A DNA stretch of 63,910 nucleotides, the filler included, from Lenisia limosa (Eukaryota; Protista; Breviatea): NCBI GenBank assembly GCA_001655205.1. It is 12 parts of 12 records of this genome, joined end to end, with 100 filler letters (N's around TTAATTAATTAA, not from the genome) between each part and the next. Parts side by side here need not be neighbours in the genome. Positions count along the whole stretch, not along the records: positions 51,552 to 54,320 come from LPNZ01004248.1; positions 54,421 to 56,174 come from LPNZ01007036.1; positions 56,275 to 58,571 come from LPNZ01002388.1; positions 58,672 to 60,525 come from LPNZ01003981.1; positions 60,626 to 62,387 come from LPNZ01005694.1; positions 62,488 to 63,910 come from LPNZ01003885.1; 6 more parts are not named here. One strand, 5' to 3'. Position numbers and translations under genes: made by a program. A model generated the notes under the pieces. It was given only the letters and a program-made list of their open reading frames with translations, ran no database searches and was not told the DNA's origin. Shown piece after piece: positions 53,511-63,910 of the stretch (its first letter is position 1; the number at the start of each line of letters is the position of its first letter).

Positions 53511-53813
53511 ACGTTAATGGTGGTGATGTTTAAGATGATGATGTTTATGGTGATGTTGATATGATAATGGTGGTNNNNNNNNNNNNNNNNNNNNNNNNNN
53601 NNNNNNNNNNNNNNNNNNNNNNNNNNNNNNNNNNNNNNNNNNNNNNNNNNNNNNNNNNNNNNNNNNNNNNNNNNNNNNNNNNNNNNNNNNNNNNNNNNNN
53701 NNNNNNNNGGGTGGGCTCCGGCTTCTCAATTGTGTAGGTTGCCCCCTTCTCCTAAAAGGGCATGTTTAAGGGCAAGAATAGAAAACTACTCAACCGATTT
53801 GCAATGTGATTTA

Positions 53814-53878
53814 CAGTGACCGGGATAAGTCTTGTCCGATTTTCCTTGCAAATCGGTCAAGACTTATCCCGGCCACTG
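53814..53878. mobile_element. Tc1/mariner-like MITE (65 bp) with TA on both sides
   Basis: TA-CAGTGACCGGGATAAGTCTTGTCCGATTT...AAATCGGTCAAGACTTATCCCGGCCACTG-TA. Degenerate copies near 32345 and 37825. Confidence 0.8.
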
Positions 53879-54420
53879 TACACATCTTAGAAGTTCGAAA
53901 AGTAAATTGTCACAATAGGGTATTTATGCCCTCGGTTGGCTCATCTATCGTCATGGTAGTGTGGACTTCACTTTATTGTCTGAAGGAGGCAGATTTATCG
54001 AGAAAATCAGTCAATATTATAGATGACAGACTTATATTGAACTTAAAACAGATAATAAAACGCAATCTGGCTCGGTCAAAGTACCAAGAGAACCTAAACT
54101 GAGCGTGAATTGATTTAGTGGTATAAAAGCACAATATTGAGAGATGCAATCAAATGTTAACATTGCATTACCTCCTATCATTACTTTGTCTCCATTCCAA
54201 TTACATTAGTTACACAATCCTTGCGTTACCTCATCATCGACCGGCGGTGGAAGCGATGAACTGCTGAGCCGAAGGGAAGCCGAACTGAGCCGCCCTGATC
54301 GCCGCCGACTGTGGGTGGGTNNNNNNNNNNNNNNNNNNNNNNNNNNNNNNNNNNNNNNNNNNNNTTAATTAATTAANNNNNNNNNNNNNNNNNNNNNNNN
54401 NNNNNNNNNNNNNNNNNNNN

Positions 54421-56174
54421 ACCCGGTGACATAGCCAGGCCAATTGAAGCTAAATAGTCAATAAAAAGTGAACTAAATGATATATATAGTGATACTCACT
54501 TATGATATATCAACAACGTGAACAATATACAAGCCATTAATATATGACATTCATTTTCTGCATACTGTATCTAATTCTGTTTATTTTGTACCAGATAATA
54601 TTTGTACAGTGCTAATAATAAATCTAGAAAATAGGGAGATCTATCCAAAGCTGACCAACCCCAACCGCTCACCAATTCCGCCAAGAGGCTTGGTTAGAGC
54701 CACGGCATTAGCAAGGGCATTGCCACCCAAGGTGTCAAAGACATAGTCGTATGTGGCCCTGTGGTGAGGGAAAAATGAACGGTGGAGGGGGGGGGGGGGT
54801 ANNNNNNNNNNNNNNNNNNNNNNNNNNNNNNNNNNNNNNNNNNNNNNNNNNNNNNNNNNNNNNNNNNNNNNNNNNNNNNNNNNNNNNNNNNNNNNNNNAA
54901 AACTACTGGAAAAGTGAGAAAAATCCCTACTCAAGTGTTTTCTTATAGGAAAAATAGGACAACGTTAAATGGTAATGGAATGTGTGATGGTGTAGCGTGG
55001 GTAAGGTGGGATTGCGTTATGATATCTTCAAATTATGATGCAGATAATAATCGCAATCACTACAGTGGATTCTATTTTGGTCAAAGACTTGGGCTTCACT
55101 TCGGTTCGAAAAAAGACTGAATTTCTCGACAAAATTTCGAAAACTATCGATATTTTACCGGTATTTTTCGAACCGAAGTGAAGCCCTACCTAAGACCCTC
55201 CACACAGACGCTTACTTAAGGAGGGGCCTGGTAACGGGTTGTGAGATTTCAGCCGCATCAACTGGGGTTGCTCCAAGCTAGGGAGGGGGGAGGGTAAATT
55301 GGAAAATTTATGAAATAAAAATCCAACTTTGTTGGCTGTCAGCACACGAGGGTTGATAACAACANNNNNNNNNNNNNNNNNNNNNNNNNNNNNNNNNNNN
55401 NNNNNNNNNNNNNNNNNNNNNNNNNNNNNNNNNNNNNNNNNNNNNNNNNNNNNNGGTTTTTAAGGACAATGAGAATAATGAGCAATACGTGTCAATTTTC
55501 CGTCTTAACAAGAGTAATTATAAATTTGTATCGCTTCCCCCATGGTCAAAAATGACCTGTAAAGTATCCCATTCTAGACTATATTCAGCCAACCGATTTG
55601 AGAAGGTCACCCTCGGTTTGAGGGTAGCGTGTCAGTCCATCCACATCAGCACCTTGGTCACTCAATATCCTGGGAACGGTGTGTAAAGACGGAAGATATA
55701 TGAAGTATAAAACCCCAAGATCAACTCTGTTGGCTAAACAGTTCCGAAACACACGAGGGTTGTGAAAGGGGAAAATATCAATTTCAAAAAACACCACAAA
55801 CACAAACACTTGAATAGATACCCCCTACTTGCAGAGAACAGTGCCCACTCCTCCGGCAGCACCAGTCACAAGCACCTTCTTGTTCTTCAGATCAGCGGTG
55901 TTGTTCTTCGTCATTATCTGGAATGTTATTCAGAAATTGGGATATCATTCATAATCAGGACTCACTGTGCTGATGATGATTACAGCTTAGACTCTCCTGA
56001 TTCATCTCCAATACTCCTAATTTACCTAATTCCTCTCCAATATTCAACCCACAAATAGAACTACTATAACAAACCATGATTGCCTGTGCTGCAGTAAATC
56101 CGGGAGCGCCGTGTTGCATACTTTGGTAAGGCGAGAGGGCGGACGGCAACGCAACGAGGTTCTGAGAATGGGCC
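54421..56174 (-). CDS. MDR-family NADPH:quinone oxidoreductase, YhdH/AcuI-like, partial
   Basis: Spliced: LPSALSPYQSMQHGAPGFTAAQAIM...KVLVTGAAGGVGTVLCK|ILSDQGADVDGL...KS|LGATPVD...YDYVFDTLGGNALANAVALTKPLGGI|ASIGLA. Splice phases are consistent. Confidence 0.8.
55089..55188. mobile_element. hAT-like MITE (100 bp)
   Basis: Near-perfect TIRs; flanks TCAAAGAC / CCTAAGAC (6 of 8 identical). Confidence 0.8.
55278..55345 (-). repeat. Family B repeat ending at an oxidoreductase acceptor
   Basis: Reverse complement ...TTTCATAAATTTTCCAATTTACCCTCCCCCCTCCCTAG followed by exon LGATPVD. Confidence 0.85.
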
Positions 56175-56274
56175 NNNNNNNNNNNNNNNNNNNNNNNNNN
56201 NNNNNNNNNNNNNNNNNNTTAATTAATTAANNNNNNNNNNNNNNNNNNNNNNNNNNNNNNNNNNNNNNNNNNNN

Positions 56275-56385
56275 GGGTAAAATTGACAAATTTTTGAAAC
56301 ACAAGGAAAAAAATCAACTCTGTTGACTGATAATACAAGAGGGTTGAAAATATAAAACAAACAAAGCCTGAAACACCGCATCCAA
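56275..56385 (-). repeat. Family B repeat in a helicase intron
   Basis: Matches the consensus on the minus strand; cut by the scaffold edge. Confidence 0.7.
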
Positions 56386-56459
56386 TCAGTCCAGTATGTA
56401 AAAGATATTTATTATTAATAAATAATAATAAAACAATAAAAATAAACTCTTTTGCCTTT

Positions 56460-57522
56460 CGAGGCTAATTTGGCTCGCCAAGAAAGAGCGGGAAGTTGGC
56501 GTTCAAAACGTGGCGAAGCAGCACCGTCAGTACGTGGTTCAATGGTGTGAAACATTTTGCAGAAATCATCAACCAAGAGGTTCGTCGTAAAACATAAATC
56601 AATACCCTTCCTAAGTTGTAATTCATTATATTAAATAACGTTTATATCTAGCGTTTCCTGCAATGATAATGCCAACATTTGTTTGTTTGTTTTTGTGTTA
56701 TTTCTCTGAGCAAGCAATCTGCATCACGCCAAACGGGGTCGCCCCGGCCCTGTCCCCAAATCCGTCGTCGACAGAAAACGCTCAGGGGAGATTTTGTTTC
56801 AGGCATTATATGGCGACGAGCTGATCATCAAGGTCTGTAAGCTTTAGTGGTACCTCTTAGATGTATCTTCCTCTTTACTTGTTCATAAGCGTTGCAGCAG
56901 AGCTGGGGAACGATAGTGACAAACATCGGACTTTTAGCACCCTTGTCAAGTGCTGACCTCAACAATGCCTCAAAGTACAAGAATGGGGCTATTTGGGTGT
57001 TCAATAATATATGACTTATAATTAGAGGACTCCGTCCAGAAATCCTCAAAAAAAAAAATCATTTTTAATCAATTCAGGTAATTTGTCCTTGTCTTGTTTA
57101 TTATTATCCAGGTTCCTCTTCAATTTGTTGTTACTCCGAATGATTCAGTTAAAAAGATAAACCGCAAACATGAAATATAAAAAACAAACAAAAAAAGAGG
57201 GGTGGGTGAATTGGTTAGATTTGACGTATTGGGGTGGGGACTTGTGTGATAAGTAGTACCCTCTTATAAACACCCACAATCCCACTCTTATTAACACTCT
57301 TTTCCATCCTATAAAACAGTATTTCTCATTCTTATAAACAGTGTTTTCCATTTTCCACCCATATAAAAAAAGTATTTCTCACCCTTGTAAACCGTGTTCT
57401 CCAGCCCGTTGAAAGGACGTCCAGACACAGTCTTCATGATACGCTCCTCAGGTTTGACGAGGGTCACAACTTCCTGGGAATGGTCAATATCACTTTTACT
57501 TTGGATGAAAAAACATAACATA

Positions 57523-57553
<31 letters not shown>

Positions 57554-58447
57554 CAAAACAAAACAAAACAAAACAAAACAAAACAAAAAAAAAAGTTATT
57601 TTAAATAGTGGGAGTTGGGTGAGTGAGTATGGCCATCGTGTCTTACATGGAGGCTTGAATCAGGTCTTACAATAAACGATAGAATGTTGGTATTTTTGGA
57701 GGGTTTGTCGAGAAATGTGGTCTTTATTTTGAGGCTGTAGGGAAGCCTTGAATATTGCCCTGTAAAAAAAGAAAATCATATGAAGCAGCTATCATATGAA
57801 AAGTGAATGTGAGTGGTAGCAAAAAATGCTTTAATATTATGCATGACAAACGTACATCATAGCCCCATGAATGAAGAGGAGTTAGCGAGGGATGCATTCG
57901 CCTTTGGTGGCATAGTGTAACGTAAGGCACGTTGTTGAGAACAAGTCGCTCGAAAAGACTCACACCCTAGGAGGTCAGAACTTAAATGCATCAGACTGGG
58001 TCATTATCTTCATATTGAGCATTTCCAACATTTTCTTCTAACCCCCCGCCTCCCTCCTCTTCCCCATTTCCTTCTCAGTATCCATCGGGTCAACAACAGT
58101 CTTCACTGGAAATTTTAGACTAAAGTAGAGTGAAAAAGCCCCACTTTCTTTAAAATATTCCCATGCTTCGATTCCAGCATTTAATCTTCAAGTTTTTTCT
58201 TCTGATGCTACCCCCATCCTCGCGTACCATTTTCTTCATATTCAAAATTCCGACTATTTTCTTCCAATTAAGCTGTCCTTCACATTACAGATCTTTTTCT
58301 TCATATTTTCCAAATTCCCACCATTTTCTTCTTCATTTCCAGCATGAAGTTATCAACGGAGGGTTGCAGTTGTTTGTGGTCACCGAGCATAGTGATGACA
58401 GGCGGGCGTTCCACTCTCATAGAGAACAGTGATCCAATTATCATCGG
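56460..58447 (-). CDS. SF1 helicase, Upf1/DNA2/NAM7 (ZNFX1-like) C-terminal lobe, partial
   Basis: VITMLGDHKQLQPSV (motif III) and GVSLFERLVLNNVPYVTLCHQRRMHPSL (SLFERL / QxRMHP). Confidence 0.8.
57528..57590. repeat. (CAAAA)n microsatellite
   Basis: Direct observation. Confidence 0.9.
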
Positions 58448-58535
58448 CTGTGGGGGTAAAATCGGAAAATTATGAAAAAAAAGCCCAAATAAACTCTGTT
58501 GGCTGACAACACACAAGGGTGAATAACAACAAAAC
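58448..58535 (-). repeat. Family B repeat ending at a helicase acceptor
   Basis: Reverse complement ...TTTTCATAATTTTCCGATTTTACCCCCACAG followed by PMIIG...GDHKQLQP. Confidence 0.85.
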
Positions 58536-58779
58536 AAGTAAAATCGGAAAATTTATGAAATAAAATACTAANNNNNNNNNNNNNNNNNNNNNNNNNNNNN
58601 NNNNNNNNNNNNNNNTTAATTAATTAANNNNNNNNNNNNNNNNNNNNNNNNNNNNNNNNNNNNNNNNNNNNAAAAAACTATGAAACAAAAAAAGCCCAAA
58701 TCAACTCTGTTGACTGAGGAGGGATAATCCCACATACATAATTACAATTTTATTTCGCAATGAGAAATAAAAAAATAAG

Positions 58780-60515
58780 GTTGTGTCTGGCTGAAGCCTT
58801 AGTATGCCCTTTCCCCCCACCGAACATGGAAATTTGCCCAGTAATTTGACTCAAAATTCTTATCCCCTCACAATTAGCCTTGGGCTTGTCTTTAGCAGGA
58901 AGAGAGGGGATGACAATGGACGGGTACTTCTTGACAAGGCGCTGATGCAACACGGTAAAGTCTCCATAGCGACGGAAGACGGAGAGTGATGCCTCGCGGA
59001 ACTCGGGGAGCCTGGTCTGTACGGGGGTAAAAGGGAGGACCGTGCAGTTGCTCGTGTGGGGTGGTTGCTGCTATCTACAGGCTTTGTCTCTCTCTTTTAT
59101 TCCTAAATCAAAACAGTTTTACCCCCACCTTTGTTGACACTTTCCATCTGGTATAGCCTCCCTCCTCCTCCACAACTTCAGGGGAATCGACCTGAACAGA
59201 AATCTCCTCTTCGGTCTCGTCTGAATTGTAAGCGAAAAACAATCAAAGTCAAGCAAAGGGGTGGTGGGAGAGAGAGGGAAATACACCGCGTTGGAAAGAT
59301 GGGGTCAACATGTACTGCAACACTTTTTACTACCCCCCCCCCTAGGCCTTCACTAAAGTTCTAAAATGACCAGTAAAATATCGATAGTTTTCAACGACTA
59401 TCGAGAAATCCAGTCATTTTTCGAACCGCAGTGAAGCCTTACCCTCCCCCCCAAACCTTTCTGAGTCTCACACTGCTCAAGTTCGATTTGTTTGGCCCTC
59501 TCTTCAGCCAAAAGATTCCTTTCCTAAAGAGGTGAAGAAGAAAGGGGTGCGACACCTATAATACTATTATGGAGATGACGACAAGGTATAAGTTACAATA
59601 TTATGAACGGGCGTTTTGTGAATTCCTCTCGTATATTGTCTGATTCTTTTCCGTATAAACCCAAAGTAGTATTCTTATTATTCTTAGATTTTTCTTAGAT
59701 TGATTTCTTGATGAAGCACGGGTATTACACTTCAACTAGCATAGTCTATTTTGGGGTAGGAGAACGACAAAGGTATAAGTTACAATATTATGACAACGCA
59801 ACGATTTACCACCCGATCAAAACTACACCGCTCTCTCTCTTCAAAAGAATACTCCTCTCCCCCACCTCCACAGAAAAGAGACATCTTCAACATTTTTGTT
59901 TCACAAAAAAACACACAGACATCTTCAAAAGATACTCTCCCTCCCCCACCTCCACAAGGGCAGAAATCGCTTCCTGCCACTCGGTACATGCCTCCGCGCT
60001 TTCAGCGAACACCACGTATTTGCGTGAGGCTGCAAAGATGGCAAAACCAAACTCTCTNNNNNNNNNNNNNNNNNNNNNNNNNNNNNNNNNNNNNNNNNNN
60101 NNNNNNNNNNNNNNNNGGTCGAGTAAATTGAAAAATTTATAAAACATAAAAGAACAAATGTAAACGATGATGATGATGGTCAGGGTCGATTATACAAAAG
60201 TAGTAATACATCTACATACAGCAATATCCCCCCATCCCCCACACAAATTGCATACTCGATAGTAATACTCCTACACTGACCCACCCAGCCCACAAATTCC
60301 ACAGATTCGGTGTGAGTGACGCTGTGCATAGGAATCACGCCCTGAGGCTTGGTGTCCTATATAGGGGTAAGAGTGACGCTGATGGTGATGAAACACAACA
60401 ACAAAAAAAAAGTTGTAGCTCCGACCCATCCCACGTCTTTGCTCTGGAAGTAGGTGATCAGATCGGGCTGCAGAACCATGAAGCGCTGTTTGACTGACTT
60501 CACGCGACCGCCCTG
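58780..60515 (-). CDS. PH-domain plus PX-domain protein (sorting-nexin-like), partial
   Basis: PH: QGGRVKSVKQRFMVLQPDLITYFQSKD|DTKPQGVIPM...FAIFAASRKYVVFAESAEACTEWQEAI. PX: YTRWKVSTK|TRLPEFREASLSVFRRYGDFTVLHQRLVKKYPSIVIPSLPAK. Confidence 0.85.
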
Positions 60516-60625
60516 GGGGGGGGGGNNNNNNNNNNNNNNNNNNNNNNNNNNNNNNNNNNNNNNNNNNNNTTAATTAATTAANNNNNNNNNNNNNNNNNNN
60601 NNNNNNNNNNNNNNNNNNNNNNNNN

Positions 60626-62350
60626 AGCTGGAGCAACTGCTTTGGTCAAGGACGCAGTGGGGGGAGGGGGACAGCTTTGGTTGTTTTGCTTTGAAACAGC
60701 TGCTTATGTTTGGTTAGTCAGACTGGTGATTCTTTTTTTCCCCAATAAAAGCTTAAGCTCAAGAATTGTTATTATGGTTCTACTTATTCATTCTTTTGAA
60801 ACGTAAGGGACAGGCTCTCCCACCACCTCTCACCAAGCACAGCAAGCACACCATCCCCCCGATCCCGAGATCGAAGAAGCGACCAAGTTGGACCTGGCAT
60901 CAGCTGACCGGTCTGGCCTAGTCCGCATCATCCTTGACGGCGAGAAGAGATTGGCGCGTGCGCAAGCCGACGTCAGAGTAGCAGTATCCGAGCGTAACGT
61001 TGCCGTCCATGCCTTTAGTCGCATGCAGGCCGACAGAAGCAATGCCGAGGCTATAGCGGCGGAGGCTATAGCCCGGGAGAGCCTGGCTGCCTCGTCGCTT
61101 TATATAAAGCGCGCCGGGGTTGTGGCTAATCTGTCCAGGGTTCTTCAAGGTTCGGGGAGGACTCGGATTTACTTCGGTTATGTATCTTATGCCAGTATAT
61201 AATCACACTGCTTTTTGAGATTGTTTTCTCAAAATGTGATTTATAAATGTTCTATTCAGCATGTGTGCTCAAAGGGCTTCCAAAAATGACTGCTGCTATG
61301 TTGTATTTTTACCTTTAATAATAGAGACAATTCATTCGATAAAGATGACTAATAATATTTAATACTATTTAATATTGGAAATAAGCGGATCTAGGGGTAC
61401 AACGACGCCTTCTTGCCAGCACACGTCTGGCGCAAGCCTCACGCAACGAACTTGGTGCGGCGCGCAACAGAGCCGCGGTATCCGAAGCGAAGCTGGCTGT
61501 TGTATCGTGGGGGGGAGTCACATTTTCAGTCGTTCATATATTATATGATATATAGTTTATAGGTTCCTCCCCCAAAACTTCTGGTTCCTCCCTCTCCCTA
61601 AAACTTCTTCGGCATTGGATAAATGTTTTGGTGTGTCTTATCCACCTTCGCCTTCCTAATGTTTCTTTAGAAACACCCTCGAGTCTTCACAGCGCGAATT
61701 GCTCATTTTACGGGCTGCTTCTAAGCCTGTAGGCTGGACGGTTATGTACTATTAAAAACCTTGATAATTGCAAAGAAAAAAGGCCTGAGTTCATTTGGAA
61801 TAGACCTCGCTTGTGCTAATGCTGGGATAATATACTTAAATACACACTCATTCTCTATACTGCTCCATATTTTAAATTGAATGTCAACTAAAGTCTTTCC
61901 GTTTCCGAATCGCCCTATTACTGATGCTTCTTCTCACCTCAAGTTTTTTTTTTTTTTTTTTNNNNNNNNNNNNNNNNNNNNNNNNNNNNNNNNNNNNNNN
62001 NNNNNNNNNNNNNNNNNNNNNNNNNNNNNNNNNNNNNNNNNNNNNNNNNNNNNNNNNNNNNNNNNNNNNNNNNNNNNNNNNNNNNNNNNNNNNNNNNNNN
62101 NNNNNNNNNNNNNNNNNTTTGGACCTGAAGTTCTGACAATGGTCAGAGAAAATGTGAAGCATGCCGTCTCGGAGGTGGCTCTGGGCGAACCGCGCAACGT
62201 CGTCATGGCGCTAGCGCAAGAGCTGGCCACTGCTCTCCTGTCGGAACAGCATTTACTGGCTCGGATCGCAGCTTCCGACCTCCGCTGCCAAGCGCTTGCT
62301 TCCGACAGGGCTGCCTGCTCCGTTGTGGACGAGTCGGCTCGCAAGGCTGA
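60626..62350 (+). CDS. Ala-rich coiled-coil protein, partial
   Basis: GC-rich exons with heptad-like A/E/R-rich sequence (LARAQADVRVAVSERN...; LAQELATALLSEQHLLARIAAS) ending at GTGGG donors. Confidence 0.5.
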
Positions 62351-62999
62351 TGTGGGGGGTGTATAATTAGGTTGATGTGGGGGGTGTNNNNNNNNNNNNN
62401 NNNNNNNNNNNNNNNNNNNNNNNNNNNNNNNTTAATTAATTAANNNNNNNNNNNNNNNNNNNNNNNNNNNNNNNNNNNNNNNNNNNNATTTGGAGCCAAA
62501 CAACTAAACATCTGGACTAGTAATACAGCAATATCATTAAAAATGGAAAATTGAAATACAAAAGAAAAAAAAGAAACAATAAAATTTCTTAAAAAAATAA
62601 AAAGGGGTGACCCGGGTTCCATTTAATATATGGGGGTGGTGGAGATTTTTGTATTATTCAATTTTTTTTTTNNNNNNNNNNNNNNNNNNNNNNNNNNNNN
62701 NNNNNNNNNNNNNNNNNNNNNNNNNNNNNNNNNNNNNNNNNNNNNNNNNNNNNNNNNNNNNNNNNNNNNNNNNNNNNNNNNNNNNNNNNNNNNNNCTCTG
62801 AAAACAATTATTTCCTCCTTATGACACAAGTCGACCAGGTATTGAAATGGTTCAAGAACAGATTTCAGATTTTCATTGAATTGCGATAAAATCACCTCGG
62901 TGAGTTAAAAAAGTTGCGACGAATGCATTAACATGAAAATACAAAGAGCTAAAACGGGAAAACAGAGGACGTCCTCCACAGATTCCTAGGCAATCATAT

Positions 63000-63355
63000 G
63001 GAGACTTTGGAGTTCGGCCTCGTCGAAGGGTCCCACAGCATCTTTATGGATAGACTGGGCATGTTTCTGGACCATGAGGAGGGTATAAGGGGGGCATGGT
63101 TCTGTGTCAATAGGGTGAGGGGGAGAAAAAGGGAAGAGTAATGAATGTGTACGATTAATGAGACAAGCGGATAAGTCATATCATTTTTAATGAGTAAATC
63201 TAAAGATTTGGTGAGAGCTGAGAGCATAGAGGCTTTTGCCGACCTTCAGTCTTTTGACCTTGTTCTCCCTCCTCGGATCATGCTTCAGAATTTCACTGAA
63301 TCGGAACAATGCTCTTCCGAGGGGCAAGAGGGGTTTGGTGTACGAGGATGCTGGA
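63000..63355 (-). CDS. Exon-like segments of an unknown gene
   Basis: CCAG acceptor after a C-rich tract, then the open frame SSYTKPLLPLGRALFRFSEILKHDP. Confidence 0.3.
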
Positions 63356-63910
63356 GGGGGAGTAAAACGAAGGAAATTTCGATNNNNNNNNNNNNNNNNN
63401 NNNNNNNNNNNNNNNNNNNNNNNNNNNNNNNNNNNNNNNNNNNNNNNNNNNNNNNNNNNNNNNNNNNNNNATATTGGCGTAAAGGTAATAATCACGAACC
63501 GAATAATCTTAACCTCCAAACAAAAAACAAAACGATAAACTGGAGGGGAGTCTGAGGATGCTGCATGGGGGTGGGAGGAAAGTAAAACACTGTTTTCAAT
63601 TCGGGGAGCAAAATTGAGAAACACAACCCTTAGATAACACAAAATATAACGCAGTTACTTGGGGTTTGACGTTAGCTATGGAGGTGGAATACGTTAGCTA
63701 GGGAGGTGGAATACTGTTTTTGATTGTATAGATAAAAGAGCTGCTCATCGGTTACCGGCGACAAGCTCATCTGTTACCGACGACAAACTCAAGACAGATG
63801 ACAAGCTTATCTGTGACACAATTGATAAGTTGTAGGTTTCCGATGAACCTGTCCCCCAGGATTTGAACGACTAATATGGACTTTTGTTTTGCTTTCAACT
63901 CTTGTGGGAT

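Noticed and set aside
19687-62443. TTAATTAATTAA recurring at intervals, superficially like an array or regulatory motif
   Set aside because: Always embedded in N runs. It is an assembly linker, so gene neighbourhoods across it carry no biological meaning.

Overview
This is eukaryotic nuclear DNA from an intron-rich microbial eukaryote; I cannot identify the species. The window is not one locus: 11 artificial N-TTAATTAATTAA-N linkers join about 12 unrelated draft scaffolds, and many internal gaps sit at G or C homopolymers. Recognisable spliced genes are a PP2C phosphatase, a degenerate NTMT1-like methyltransferase, MCM5, a bestrophin-like channel, a Cys-rich multi-TM receptor-like protein, a YhdH/AcuI-like oxidoreductase, an Upf1/DNA2-type helicase and a PH-PX sorting-nexin-like protein, plus several unassigned multi-exon genes. 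Repeats include two inverted, decayed DIRS/Ngaro-like reverse transcriptases, a ~1 kb foldback element, and hAT-like and Tc1-like MITEs. The most unusual signals concern splicing. (1) Three 22-24 nt GT...TG introns restore the PP2C fold exactly in register. (2) A ~100-150 nt repeat family is always sense to its host gene and ends at 3' splice sites. (3) Long introns tend to open with G-runs and close with C-runs. All gene models were built by eye, without RNA evidence.
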